A stretch of 64,000 nt of DNA from Podarcis vaucheri (Eukaryota), in NCBI GenBank assembly GCA_965113315.1, contig OZ220371.1; one strand, 5' to 3'. Position 1 is the first letter of the stretch. Each line of letters opens with the position of its first letter. Position numbers and translations under genes: made by a program. Below, piece after piece: positions 13,470-27,310 of this stretch. Under the pieces are notes generated by a model. The model had not been told where the DNA came from and did no database searches. It worked only from the letters and a program-made list of their open reading frames with translations.

Positions 13470-13719
13470 CAGTGGAACCTTGGTTCCCAATCTTAATCTG
13501 TTCTGGGAGTCTGTTTGATTCCCGAAACAGTTCGGGGACCAAGGCAGGGCTTCTGATTGGCCGCAGCAGCTTCCTGCAGTCAATTAGAAGCTGTGGAAGC
13601 CGCGCCGGGCATTTGGCTTCCAAAGGACGTTCAAAAACTGAACAATTACTTCTGGTTTTTGTTCGTTCGAGAGCCAGAAAGTTCAGCTCTCAAGGCGTTC
13701 AGGAGCCGAGGTTCCACTG
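13470..13719. mobile_element. Tigger/pogo-like MITE (different family)
   Basis: TA|cagtggaaccttgg ... ccgaggttccactg|TA. Confidence 0.85.
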
Positions 13720-15634
13720 TACTAAACAAGGGTGCATTTGTGAAACATTTCAATATGCAGAGTTATTTGTATTGGGTGGGTTTTTTGCTCCATGATATTT
13801 CTATTGCAGAAGTTGAATACCAGACAAGGATTGTTATTTGAGAGTGTTTTAATTATAAATGTTTCTGAAGTGGTGCAGAGGAGAGGAATCCAAACCCCTA
13901 ATCTGCTGTCCTAGAGAGGATTTGGATAGGGCAGAAGGCTCCCTCCATTCAGCTCTGCCATTTCCAGCAGAAACTCCCCAAATGGGCTGTTTGGGGTGCA
14001 GTGATTAATGCAGAAATGGAACTTATGAATGCACACATGTAATACTGACACAGACTGGAAATTGACTGATTTCTCCATGTTACTGTAGAGAGCAGAAGTA
14101 TGGTAATTTTCAGCAGTGATCTTGTATTTCTCATAACATATAATTTCACCCCAACGTCCTTCAGATTGCACAGTGTGCCTGTCCATGGGAGGCAAAGCAC
14201 AGACATTTTCTTAAATCAATATAGGGTCAGGTTTTTATGCTTGGCCTTCAGAAGTTTCAATAGATGTGATATTACAGTTAATTCATCACTTTTTTAAAAA
14301 AGAAAGAATGGTACACTCTTATTGTGAATGTTGGCTGGTCGGAATTGGCCAATGTTAACTTTAATTCTTCCCAAATATCAAGTTACATTTATCCCACATG
14401 TATATAAAATTTCATCATGCATCATATGCTGATACAAGTTATTGCATTTGTGACAAATAATCTATATTCCCACTGAAACCTTCATTATTAATCATACTTG
14501 AGAAATAAAAACTGGAAACTACCCCCTAACTGGTTTAACCGATAAGCCAGGGAAATATTAAGACACACCCATTCAGTGCAGTTTATATGCTAAATAACTG
14601 CTATGATAAAATTCGGCTTCAAAAGCAATGGCCACAAAGTAACATGTCATAAGTAAAACTCAGCATTTGGGTACCTACATCAATTAGTATTTTAATTCCT
14701 GAACAGTGGAAATATAAAATCATTTACAACTTCTAAAATGATATATTAGAATGCTAAAGATCAACCCTAAAAATGCTGAGTATTTAAAGACAATTGCTGC
14801 ATCCAAGTTAGGCAACATAAATTGTACTGGTCTGGTTAAAGCCAGCTGAGCTAGACCACCACCTGGGTAATGAAGAAAGATATTGCCTTTGTGTCCACTA
14901 AAGGTATAAAAGATGTTACTTTTGCAAGGACAGTATTGTGTTTTAGTACGTTTGAGCAAAGCACACTTCCCCCAAGGCTACACATATGCAATAAAAATCA
15001 ATGAGCAGAATACGTATGCCATACAGTTACTGGGAACATTAGTGGTGATTTTGCAAGTATCAGCCTTATTAAACATGCTTTTAAATAATTTTATATGAAC
15101 CCTAGCTTAAAAAATGCAACAGAGACATTTAGCCACAAGTTAGTGTGCATTGAGCCATCATTTGTGAAGACCTCATTAAGCATAAATAATGAAAACACAT
15201 TTGTGGATTTATTTTTTCTGGAGTGCCTAGGAACAAGGATTCCCCCCCCCCCATGTGTAACAACTTTCATGTTATACATGTGCTGGTAAAATTGCTACAA
15301 AGCTGACAAACTCCCCACATTCATTCTGCAACTAGGGGCTTATAAGACTGCTTACCTATGTGACAAGTTAAACAAGAAGATTTTTCAGATTGAGTCCAAC
15401 ATTTAAAAAAATCCAAAGTAGTCCAATGTGGCAAGCAAACCAAAATTGTGACATTTCAGCCACAAAATGTGAACTCTTCAACCATCACAACAAATCTCTT
15501 TAAAAAGAGTTCAGTGCTTTTCATTTCTTTTCAAAGCATATAATGATATCCGTTAAAACTATGTCAGCTTTTATGACTAGAAATGAACTCATTAAACTAT
15601 TTGTCGTGTTTAAATACAAACTGACTTCACTTAC

Positions 15635-15749
15635 CGGTCTCTCGTGTTCGAGGATAGAAGACTTCCCTGGCTCGTATTCAAAAATACTCCTTGGTTCTGA
15701 ACGGAATTTGCGTGTGTCTACTTTTCTGTCAGGAGGGTCCCACTCATTT
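15635..15749 (-). CDS. SORBS2: SORBS2 exon [38 protein letters not shown] (115 nt, phase 2-0)
   Basis: ttttctcttag|A...CCG|gtaagt; conserved [14 protein letters not shown] motif of SORBS proteins. Confidence 0.97.
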
Positions 15750-16129
15750 CTAAGAGAAAATAAAATTTGACAACTGAATTAAATTATCTTTCCCACCAAG
15801 CTCTATTCATATATTTAAAAAAATGTATTGTGGGTACTGCAAGCCTACTTTCTCCATGTGCCATTTGTAAAATCACAATAAAACTGACACTAAAAGCAGA
15901 GATTTCATAGAAAGGAAAACCGTGTTTCGCAATAGCATAATTAGTGACATTATGGTATTTGAAAGTCAAGAGGCAATGCAGCAGTTTAGATTTTTTTTTT
16001 AACCAGCTTTTATAAACATGAAAAATGTTATACAAACAAGTACACCAAGTTTCCTCATGTCGTTTGTGTATCACAAAAATAGCATAATAAATGTGGAAAA
16101 GTATCTACAACATATGTTTCATTATTAGT

Positions 16130-17195
16130 GGTTATTGTGTAAATTCTTGGTTTATGAATTGGTTTAAACAATTAGGAAGAAGAAGAAGAAAAAGAAAAAA
16201 GAGGGGGAGTGGCGAGTGGGGTGGTTATTCTACTTAGTGTGTGTGAGGGGTTGTGTCAGTGTTACTTGTATGGGTTCTCTTACTATTCACTTGTATTTCC
16301 TTGGTGGTGAGAGAGGTTGGGTGTGGCGTAGGGTGTGGCTGGTTGTCTTTGGCTGGCTGTAGTGAGAATTGTTTTTATGTGTGAGTGTGTATTTTTGAAT
16401 CAGGTCAGGCTAGCCAGATTGAAAAAGCAATGACAAACCTAGACAGCATCTTAAAAAGTAGAGACATCACCTTGCCAACAAAGGTCCATATAGTAAAAGC
16501 TATGGTTTTTCCAGTAGTGATGTATGGAAGTGAGAGCTGGACCATAAAGAAGGCTGATCACCGAATAATTGATGCTTTTGAATTATGGTGCTGGAGGAGA
16601 CTCTTGAGAGTCCCATGGACTGCAAGAAGATCAAACCTATCCATTCTTAAGGAAATCAGCCCTGAGTGCTCACTGGAAGGACAGATCGTGAAGCTGAGGC
16701 TCCAATAGTTTGGCCACCTCATGAGAAGAGAAGACTCCCTGGAAAAGACCCTGATGTTGGGAAAGATGGAAGGCACAAGGAGAAGGGGACGACAGAGGAC
16801 GAGATGGTTGACCAAACTGCGGGAGGTAGTGGAAGACAGGAGTGCCTGGCGTGCTCTGGTCCATGGGGTCACGAAGAGTTGGACACGACTAAACAACTAA
16901 ACAACAACAAAGCCAGATTGATTCGTATGCGGTCGGGGGATTCTTGTTGTCTTGTTGGGCTGTGCATGTGATAAAGGCGAGCCATACCGAGGTGAAGGCA
17001 TCGTCTTCTATTTGTCCCTGTGTGAGTTTAAGTATATTGGTTAGTTTTTCCAATAAGACTGCTTCCCATACTATTTGATACCCTTGGTCCATGCTTACTC
17101 CTGACAGGTCTCTCCAGTGTCTGGTTATGATGTTTCTGGCTACTGAGAGTAGGTGGGTTATGAGCTCTTTGTGGTGTGAGTGGAGCAGTTTAGAT
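16130..17195 (-). mobile_element. L1/Tx1-type LINE 3' fragment, split by a Bov-B insertion
   Basis: Minus-strand peptide ...VARNIITRHWRDLSGVSMDQGYQIVWEAVLLEKLTN...FTSVW resembles the L1/Tx1 ORF2 C-terminus; boundaries approximate. Confidence 0.55.
16423..16910 (+). mobile_element. Bov-B (RTE) LINE, 5'-truncated 3' end
   Basis: Peptide MTNLDSILKSRDITLPTKVHIVKAMVFPVVMYGSESWTIKKA...DAFELWCWRRLLRVPWTARRSN; (CAA)n tail; 11-bp TSD agccagattga at 16412-16422 and 16911-16921. Confidence 0.95.
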
Positions 17196-17373
17196 TGTTA
17201 AGTTATTTATGGTGAAGCAAGGCACACTCTATGTAAAAGCATTTGCAGCAAGTATAAAAATACTTCTTCCGTGCTTTACACATTAAAAGAGCCTGAAATA
17301 ATGCCTCTCACATTATGCCTCATGGAATTTGCTGCTTCTAGATTGACTGCTGCAAAATGGCTGCAAGGCTTAC

Positions 17374-17551
17374 TTCTCTGGTGCAGATCGTTGCCGTGGG
17401 CGAATTGGTGGTACTGGGGGTGGTGGAGGTACAGGGGACGAGACCTTAAAGGCCTCCGTGCCATTGTCAGAAGTACTTTTCGTCAGCGGTCTGTATGTCT
17501 GTGTTCTTGCAGCAGGGTGTGCTTGAGCAGAAAAGGATGGGCTGAAGTTAC
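17374..17551 (-). CDS. SORBS2: SORBS2 Pro-rich exon [26 protein letters not shown]...[21 protein letters not shown] (178 nt, phase 1-2)
   Basis: ttttattag|GT...GAGAA|gtaagc; conserved HPAAxTQTYRPLxKS. Confidence 0.96.
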
Positions 17552-19757
17552 CTAATAAAATGACAAAACAGAAAAAAGCCAAAATATAACTATTAAGATC
17601 ACTTGATATGATACATATATGCCACATTCAATTATGGGTTTTGAAAAAATTAATGTGAATTTAATGGTAGTTCTTCTTGGCTTATATCCTCAGTTCCATG
17701 AATGGAATAGAGTTTACAGAATGGAATTTTCCTGCTTCTTCTTTTCCTCTGCAGCAACCTGTGCCCCTAAACATCGGCTCCTAGAGACTGGGGCATCCTC
17801 TAGAACAGACTAGCATGTAGTGTGGAAAGCTGCAGCAAGAAGGGCAGATTTCCAAAGACCAGGGCTCCCAGGATGAGAACAAAAGAGTCATCCACTTGTA
17901 CGCCGTCACCTTGGATTCCACATCATATACCCAACACAGAGGATACTTGTGGACCTATCTTTAAGAAGAAGGGTATGTAATGACAAACATTTCAGTCCCT
18001 AAACACATTTATTGGAAGTAAAGCCCACTAAATTCAACAACAGGTCTTGACTGGAGTGGGCAGACTTCAGGCTTGAGGGATCTACTTTGATTTTTACTAG
18101 AACCCTGAGCTCTATCAACTGGAGCCAGGTTCAAAAGAGTAGATCAAGTTGAGGCAAACAACATACTCCTAAAAGTTAATAAAAAGGGTGCCTCTGGGCA
18201 ATTGTTCAATTTAAAAAAAGTGTTTTTGGTACCAGAAGCCCCGTATTGATTCATGGCTTGCACAACTTGTAAACCATCAAGTGAAATGCAGCACACCACC
18301 TAGGTATAGGGCCATATCAATGACTTGACAGGACCCCTATTTCTGCAGTCCAAAGCAAGTGGTTTATCCTGCCTTAGGTGGACTTGATACATGGATAAAG
18401 GGTTCTGTTCACATTTCTCTAAAATCTGGAAATGCCTTGAGGCATAGCCACAGTTGGGATAATTTACTGCTGGCTGCCATTGTTATCTTGGTGGTTGCTT
18501 GCTAGCAGAAAACTGAAAAAGAAATACACACATGCTTGAATTTAAGCATGCCTTTGTTAATTTTGTAACAATGCATTTCTGGTTAGTAATATAATATTTA
18601 TCAGCATTAGTTCTGGACAGTCACCCAAGCAGATCACATAGATGTAATTTTTTTGCAAGTGAAGATTGAATCTATGCAGATTGTGATGTGAACTTAAATT
18701 GGAAGTTGCATTTTTAAAAATGCATTTTTTCCTATGGTGCATTACCATTTTGCATATTTTTGCAAATATGTATAACACATTTTTAAAGGGCTTTTCTAAT
18801 CAATAAGTACATCTGATATATTTTCACAATTATTTGGCTTGATGTACATTTTTACAGAAATTTGCAGCCTTCGACCGCTGTTCTGTCACTTTCTATTGTT
18901 ATATTGACAATTTCAGTTTAATTTCCAGCAGTTGCAAAAGCAACGTGCAGACAGCATTAATGGAATGCACAGTGTGGAAGCTTGAGTTTTGGATTCATGT
19001 TTTGTCCCATGGTAAAGGGGATGATCTAGTGAAAATTAAACGAAACAGAGAGCCAAACTACACATTACACTTAATGAAGAGCATGCAGATACAGCTCTGG
19101 ATTTAATTAATTACAGGTGCAGGGGGCTTTACCTATGCTTCCTAGCCACATGGCCAGAAAGCAGGCAATTTTTGTTCCAAATGTGACAGTATGGGTGGGT
19201 GGGTGGGGTAAACCTCCCTTCTTCATATAATAATTGCCCACCTGCTCCTTTAGCATAATGTATAGTTTAGCCCTGAGCAGAATTTATTTCATTTATTTCA
19301 TTGTTAACTCATTAAAATTAATGAGACACAAAAATATATGACTTTGGATTGTTCCCATGTTTTATGCATGCATGTTCCCATGTTTTATGCATACAATGCA
19401 GTATTCTACTCAGCTACTACCGTTATCATCCCCAATGCATGTTGATGGAGGTTATGCTAGTAATCAAGCTCTGCTTTGAAACTGTTCCCAAAGCCAGAAT
19501 CTGTCCAAATTAGTACAAAATCAAAGCACTGGAAGGTCACCATTGAAAATACATTTTGGGTTATTTGGCTGGAAAAAGAATTCACACGCAATCATTCAGG
19601 TGTCAGGAAAATAACGAAATGACAACAATACACTGAGATCCCACAACACAACAATAAAAACTGCAGTTACACAAGCACAAGAAGGATGGGCCTACAAGGT
19701 TAGGTAATCGCCAAAATTAACGAGAACAGACTCATGAAGGGAAGGAATAATTCCTAC

Positions 19758-19802
19758 CAGTATTATATGCATAGGCAGTATTATACATGTCTGTGTCATC
19801 AT
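19758..19802 (-). CDS. SORBS2: SORBS2 45-nt cassette exon DDDTDMYNTAYAYNT (phase 1-1)
   Basis: tttttgtag|AT...ACTG|gtagga; human counterpart DDDTDMYNTPYTYNA. Confidence 0.93.
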
Positions 19803-21325
19803 CTACAAAAAGAAAGATAAATGTTATAGTGGTGTAACACTGGTCCGCTTAGAACAGCAAGGCAGCTCTACCATCCCAAATACTGTAAAACAAACAAGCA
19901 AGCAAATTGTAGCCACCTTTATACTTCAGGAGTCTATCTCATATGCTACCAATCCTGGATCGCATATAGCTGTTCTGTCACTTGAGATGCAAATACAGCA
20001 GTATGCTCTATCCCTGAGCTATGGCCCTTCCAGTTAGGTATGGAATATTTAGCTCATTCATTAGTTAATCTACAACAAATATTTAATTAACTTAAATATG
20101 GCCCTGATAAATTGGCAGTGGGGGTTTTATGTTAATTATTTTTAAAACAGGAATTTACAAATGCAACAGGTGGCAGCATCACCTTTCACACACACCCGGA
20201 AAGGCTTTTTTTGAAGATGGTGCCATTGTAATGTATATGTAGATTAAGAGGGCAGTCCTGACCTCCTGGTATTGCCTGTTTGCAGAGGGGGTGTAATTAG
20301 GAAAAGGCCTAGGTATCTGTCCTTTGCTAGTGGAGATGGATAGACTAAGATTGTGGAGGCTCCCTGCTGTACCCTCAGAAAGCTTGGTGGATAGAAAGCT
20401 ACCCCCCATTTGGTGTTCTTGCTTGTGATAGCAAACCTATGGCCCCAGAGTGTGGAGCATTATGAGAATGGAACAAAATCAACTATGGATCTACTGGATC
20501 CAAAGATGTTTTGTTTCCCTGTGAGGGACTGAATTTAGGCTCTTTATCTATGCTTACCTGGAGCAGATGAAGCTAATTTCTCCAGTGCTTTTGGTGATGG
20601 CAGGGAGGGCGTGGATACAAAATATAGTGATCCACTGCGCTGAAAAGCCCAGCAAAAGTGCTCCCCTCAGCTTCCATTTTGGCTGCCACGTCCATCATTT
20701 AGCTCCCTCTCCCCTTTGCTCCTCCAGGTTTGCTTGGTTAATCAATAAATTAACTGTTATTTGATCAGTTCCCTGCTCAGCCATGAAACTCGCTTCATGA
20801 CCCTGGACCAGTCACTGTCTTTTATTCTTGGATTAAATGTTATTCTTAGTACTTACTACGCAAAGCGAATCCTTTTACAATAACTAAACCAAGAGGAGAA
20901 CCAAATGATTCCATACCTAGGCTAGGATCATTTTGTCATTAACTTTGTTGAATTTATAAAAGAAAGAAAAAAAGGAAGAGCTCTTTATTTGATTTGTTGC
21001 CTTGGCAGGATTACAGCAATGAAAATCTTCCCAAGCTAATTCTAAGGGATGAACACAAAACCCTGAGCTACTTTGTTTCCCTAACACACTCATTGTAACC
21101 TCTCTTATTTTTCTGTACTTCTTAAAAATGTTAATTTCTGTTAGAAAATTCCTTAAGTTTTCCCCACAGAAAAATGCACCAGCTGTATTGAATATACTTA
21201 TTTGGCTTAAAGTGCCCACTGGACCTTGGTATTTTATTATTGAATGACCACTGGCATATATTATTATCTGACAGCAAAACAGCAAGATGTATGAAAATAC
21301 AGCAAGGAGAGGAAGTTGGACATAC

Positions 21326-21392
21326 CAGGCTTGTGAACCATGTGTATTTGCTTGAACATCGTCTTATACCAATCCTTCGGCCTGTCAACTGT
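21326..21392 (-). CDS. SORBS2: SORBS2 exon, SoHo core [22 protein letters not shown] (67 nt, phase 0-1)
   Basis: atttttag|ACA...CCTG|gtatgt; matches the recalled mammalian sequence. Confidence 0.97.
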
Positions 21393-24300
21393 CTAAAAAT
21401 GACAAAGTTTAAACAATTAGCAAGAAAACAACAACAAAGTTTAAATTAGTAACACAAAAGGTTGAATTAATGTACAATGGAGGTAACTAGGAGGGTCGTT
21501 TACCCCTTTGATGGGTCCTCATACTTAACTGATGGGTGTATTAATAAAAAAATAATAATAAAGTGATTTTTAAAATCACTTTATTTGAAGAAAAGAACCT
21601 CAAAAGCAAGGAACAAACAATAATAAAATCTCAATTCAATATGTAAGCCTATTAAATCATCATTAAATTGCTCCAGAGTTGATAATGACCAGGTGGGGAT
21701 TCTCCTTCTCTGCATGCCTACTGGAATAAAAACCTCTCCAATAGGCACCAAAATCTCAAAAGTACTTGTCTGTTAGCCACCTGAAGGGAGTTCCATACTA
21801 AAAGTCCAGGCCCATGTCACCATTACTGGGGACATGATTCCATAAGACATGCTTCTGGTGACTGCAATGACTGCACCAGCATATAAGGAGCAAGACCAGC
21901 TCTCAGGTTGTTTTTGGCCTAATGGGTCATAGATGATATAGCTCTGCCTTTTGCAGTACTATTTAATGTCTCCTTCATTAGGAATGTTTGGATATGATTG
22001 ATATCTCAGTACTTCAAGGCACTGGATTGGATAAACTTCAGAACCACTCCAAAGAAATAATTTTGTGGAAAATAATGGACTAGAAAACTAGGGATGGAAT
22101 GAACATTTGAAGCTGAGTTGCTTGAATATTCAATTGACTGGGAGCATAACATAGCCAACCTTGAGCTGAGTCCAGGATAACCTCTAAACTGTGCACCTGG
22201 TTGTGTAGGGGTGGGTGGGTGGGAGTACAATCCTATCCAGCATTAGCCATATAGCTCTATCCAGATCAGCAGATTTACAGGACTTACAGGACCTTTATGT
22301 TCAACTCATTTGCCTTCATTCATCCCCAAACTGACTCCAAACCTTTGTTCAGGATTTCTACAGACTCCCTACAATGAGAGGTCATCAGCACACCAATGGC
22401 ATTTTAACTCTAACCTCCATTTGATTTCTCCCCAGGGCTTCATGTCAATGTGGGACCGAATGGATTCTTGTGGCACCTCACAGGCCAAAGGCCATAGAGT
22501 GAAGTCCCCCAGTGCTGCTTTTTGTGCTCATCCCTTTGGAAAGGACTGGCACTACCATAGCACTGCATCCTCAGGTCTCACTCTGGCCAGATGACCTGAG
22601 AAGGAAACTATGGTTGATGAAGACGATGACTGCCAAGAGGACCAGCAGAGTTACATTTCCCCTTTGGCAGAAGTGTAAACAAGGTTGGAAAGGATCCAAA
22701 TATCCATGTTTCAGGTTCTGAACAGTAAACTACTCCATGGGTTGTTGAGAAAGCAACTCGGCTCACCCATGCTTATCCAAGGAAAGGTTTCTTGTCTTGG
22801 GAGAATGGGGAGCAGTAATGGCCAAACCAAGCCTTACCAAGTGTTCCAACTGGAAAACCAGTAAGTTCCTCAAGTACTTTCAGGATCAGCTGGAGGGGGG
22901 GGATAACCCATCTTTATAGATAACTGTCTTTGTGAAGCATTAGTCCTTTCCTTTGTTTTCAGCAAGAAGGGCTAACATAATACAAATGATCTAGCACAAC
23001 AGGTCTTTGTAGGTGCTATTTCATGTGATTACATTGAGAGGGGTAGGGGGAAGTGCAGGACTGGGTGACTGCTCCTATCTCAACATATATCAAGTTAAAA
23101 TGGGTGCTTATGTGATTATCAGCCTGGTGCTACAGGGAGCCCTGATCATCTGGGGATGCATCAGCTTTGAACATGCATGTGCTGAGGGAAGGGCCAGTGG
23201 GGTGCTCCAATGGTCAACAGGAATAGTCCTGCCATCTCTCCACACACAGACTAAGCACATGGAGGAAAAGCCACGTTTATTGGGGCTAAATAAAGGAGGG
23301 ATGGTGGGAATGCACTACATGAAGATTCATCATTACTACAAAGGCAAGTAATTAAATTAAGCATTAGCGTTATCCACCAATGCATGCAGTTTCAGTTGCA
23401 CTGAAATGTATTCAATTGCTGGACATATTCCTTTGATGTTAAAGAATTAAGCACCACAATTATAAAATCAGACTGTAGCAATGATGTAAAAAAAAGGAAG
23501 AGATGCAAGAATTGTTTGAGAGGTTTGAAGAAATAAATGCCGTGGAGTGATGATCAATGAGGAAATGCACAGCTAACGGAGGCATTTATTCTTCTCAGTG
23601 GAGAGTCTCCTCTTTGCCCTACATTCTGTTTAGCCTTTGTAACAATCCATAATCAAGCAATGCTTTGTGCAAACAGGCTTCTAATTTTCTCTGGGCAAAA
23701 GCCCACTTAAAAAACAGAAAAGCTAGCTACAGTATTCCAACACTGCTTAAGTCAAACAAATCCGGATGGACCGGATTTAGTTATTCACACATAAATGAAA
23801 GGCCTCTTTGTCGTACAAATAATCAGAAGGTTGACCGTGAAGCAATTATAATGGATTGTTGGTTAAAAGTAAAACACACACAATCCAGTAGCTACACAAA
23901 ACTTCTTGCAGCTCGATTCTTTTCTAGATAAGATCCTTTGTAGTGGTAGTCAAATCCATTGACAGCAAGAATCTTTTATTCTCTTTGTAGGCACAGCCAA
24001 TATACTCACCATTTACTCTTTTTTTTTTTAAAAAAAAGCATTATAATTGGATACAGTTTAGGGTATTTTAAAAATTCTTATTACCAAATCCTGGGAATCT
24101 TGTAAATGCTAGGCAGACAACTAAGCTGTGCATGGATGTAAGCTTATTTTGTTCCACTGAAAACAATATGGAAGAAAATAATCTTAAATCCATCAGCTTA
24201 AAAGGTAGGGAAACGGGCAATGCTTAGAACCAATGTTGAAACTGGACACAATAGTGGATTCTAGTTTGCCATTGGTATAAGTGCATGTGTGGCAATACTG

Positions 24301-27089
24301 CATTCAATTCTTTATCTTTCCATAGTGCTTAGCATCACATTGTGCTTCTCCCCATCTTAGCACCGTGTTACTGGCTGCTGAAGAGGTGGGGTGTTATTTA
24401 TCACTTGCCAGAATTCCTTCACTGTCAATGCATCTAAGGGACATGTTGGTAACTTTGACGAACTTCAAATATTAATGGTTTTTCTGTGGAAGTTTCCATG
24501 GGGAAAACTGCAGAAAGACCTGTGTGGGATGAGGGCATTAACCTCTCTATTTTGATAAGGTTTGAATGAGCCCTTATATCTGGGGTTCTAGCTGACCTGA
24601 GTTCTGCAGTCCTACAAGCAAGTGTTTAACAAGCACCTTTTGCAAACACTCATACCATGCACTGGCAAAAGTTAAGTTTATTTTGGAAAGAGAAATTGGG
24701 TTGCTCATAAATTGGGTGACAGCATTTAAATATTCAATGGGTCAGTGGGGGAAAATCATAAGACAACAAGAAATGACATCAATTATGTTAACAGTAGCAT
24801 TCATACATTTTTTTATGTCCACTATGTTCAACTGACAGTAAACCTTTTCTATTCCTTAAAATTCATCATCTGTCTGTACAAGTAGCATGGGTGAAGCAAA
24901 ATAAGACCTATTTACAAGAAAAACAGCTAATCTTGAAGTCTGCCACCTACAAACACAGCTTTAAGAAAACATACAGTGCAAGCTGGCTACAAAACTGCCC
25001 ATTTTGGGGAACAAGTGGATGAGAAACTCGGGCTGCATTTCTGGTGCACAAGGATGCTTTTTGCATGGTCATTCATGGCAACCTAAAGGATCACAACTTC
25101 TAAAAATACAGAGTAGTGCCAGTAAAAAAATGAATGCACACCAAAAGCCAGTTGCAAAACCACCTTAAACAGTGATGCATGCAAGCTGCAAAGATAACAA
25201 ATTTGTACACTCATTCCTTCCCTGTAATGCATAATCCTGTGATCTTGATAAAATGTCAGACAACACAATTCTATTTTGATCTGAAGTCATGTATCCCTCT
25301 ATTATCTGCACATCATATCCTAATATTTCACATTCGGTGTTCTACATATACTTTCCAAAGACCTCTACATACAAATGGTGCTTCTAAATCTGAAATGATT
25401 GACTTGCACAAATTTTTGGTTCCCATTATTTTAGTACATTGCAGCTTACTGAATGCTGCAAAGTTTGCTTGTCTATCTTGCTCAATATGCAGAAAACTAT
25501 CATGTATTACATTAAAATAATTGAGTAACTGTAACTATACTTGGAATACATTTTTATGAGTCCTCTGCCAAAAACTAAAGAAATGACACAATACACATTC
25601 TCATATATGAGATGGAATTTTTTAAAGAAATGAAATATAAAAATTCACATAGCCAAAATATTAGAGTCTTTCTAAGATGACTCAATATCTGAAACATATA
25701 ACATAAATGTAGATATATTTATCTTAATTTTCAGTTTACTTAGAGTATTGTACAATGACCAACCGTTAACACAGAGAATAAAAATGACAATGATGTAATG
25801 CACTATAGGGCACCTATAGTTTTCTAAGCTGCGCCTTGTAGATCTACCTAGAAGAACTATTTACTCAAGGTTGAAAATTTGGTTTTCTATGTCAGAGGCT
25901 GACAGTGAGCTTAATTGCTGTAAGCTCTTGGAAAGTGACCAGGGTTCTTAAATGGGCAGGCATTACATGCTGCAAAAATATGCATTTCCAAACTCTTGGC
26001 TGAAAGATATCTTTGTTCAAAAACTGGCCCAGTATACAGTAGACATGTTTACTATACTGCTGAAACCTCCCTTTACTGCAGCTGAGCTTTGCTTTATGAA
26101 GAAGCTAGATTTCTCACTTCACACTTTACTACAGAGACAAGCAAGTTTACAATATTTATGCTCCTACAAATGGACAGAATGAAATCTAAGGAAAAGCTTA
26201 ATATCTGAATAGACACTGTCCTTCCAATAAAGAGCAAATTCTACATTCTGGTTTTCCTAAGGATAGGTTTTATACAATTTTTGGTAGTTGGCATTTTGCA
26301 TCTGAAGTGTGCACAAGTGCATCTTCTGCAGCTGCCACCTTTAAAATATATGGAAGGAAGCCCCATCTCCAGTTTATAGGTTTCCCTTGGCCAAGATGCC
26401 TTCCGTGGTGCCACCATAGGAGCCAACTCCTTGGGGCTGAAGTCCATTTGGGGCAAAGTTGATGGGCTTTACCATTCAAATGGTGTCTGTGTGCGCACCA
26501 TGACTTGTGATCAATTACACGGAGTGGGGCTTACCTGCCCCCCCCCCAATATTATATTCAAGTTGACACTCCTGGATGCCATTGAGTAGGAATTGCTTCC
26601 TTGCTGCAATCTACACTGCCCAACAGCTCGGCTTCTTGGTCTATGCCAATCTGTACTCAGCTTAGAATGAATGAACAGAGACCAATGAATACACTGCCAA
26701 TGCAAAATTAAAAGGCAGAATAAAAAATTGGGAAAGTCATTTCCCCCCATCAGTGATGCCATGGACACTCTCCAGTAGGAATCCGAGGCTGTTGCAAAAC
26801 AATTTTACAAATGGCAATCTTAAATGTCAATAAAGGAACAGCTTGATGGAGAATTGTGTTCAAAGCAATCTTCCGCTGTGGTTGGAGTACCGAGTTCTGC
26901 CAAATAGGCACACAATCCGCTGGGAAGATCTCTGCATCCCTTCCAACATATTGTGTACATATGTGTGTTCTTGTTGTAAATCATTTTTTTAAAAGGAATG
27001 TCTACAGAATCTGAAAGTACTTAATGGATTGCAACCAAATTATTTCTAGTGGGCAATGCATTTGATCCTCAAATTGTTAAGTGTCCGCT

Positions 27090-27310
27090 ACTTAAATGTT
27101 ATCTTATCTACAATACTTTTTTATAGTAAGCACATACAGCTGCTGGGAGGGATCATTAGACAATATGGAGTGCAGTGTCAACAATATGCTGAGCACTCTC
27201 AGCTTTATTTTTCTTTCAAACTGGATCTGGGAGCTGAAGTTAGGTGCTTGTGCAAATGTTATGGGCTGGAAAAGGAGAACTGCAGATGACTCCAGATAAG
27301 ACAGAAGCGA
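27090..27310 (+). mobile_element. Degraded L2 LINE reverse-transcriptase fragment
   Basis: ILSTILF...LLGGIIRQYGVQCQQYAEHSQLYFSF is a decayed YADDTQLY region, followed by a ccagataagacagaag (PDKTE) motif. Confidence 0.7.

Noticed and set aside
21504-21528. Possible 25-nt microexon just upstream of the SoHo core exon
   Set aside because: Length is not a multiple of 3 and there is no homology support.
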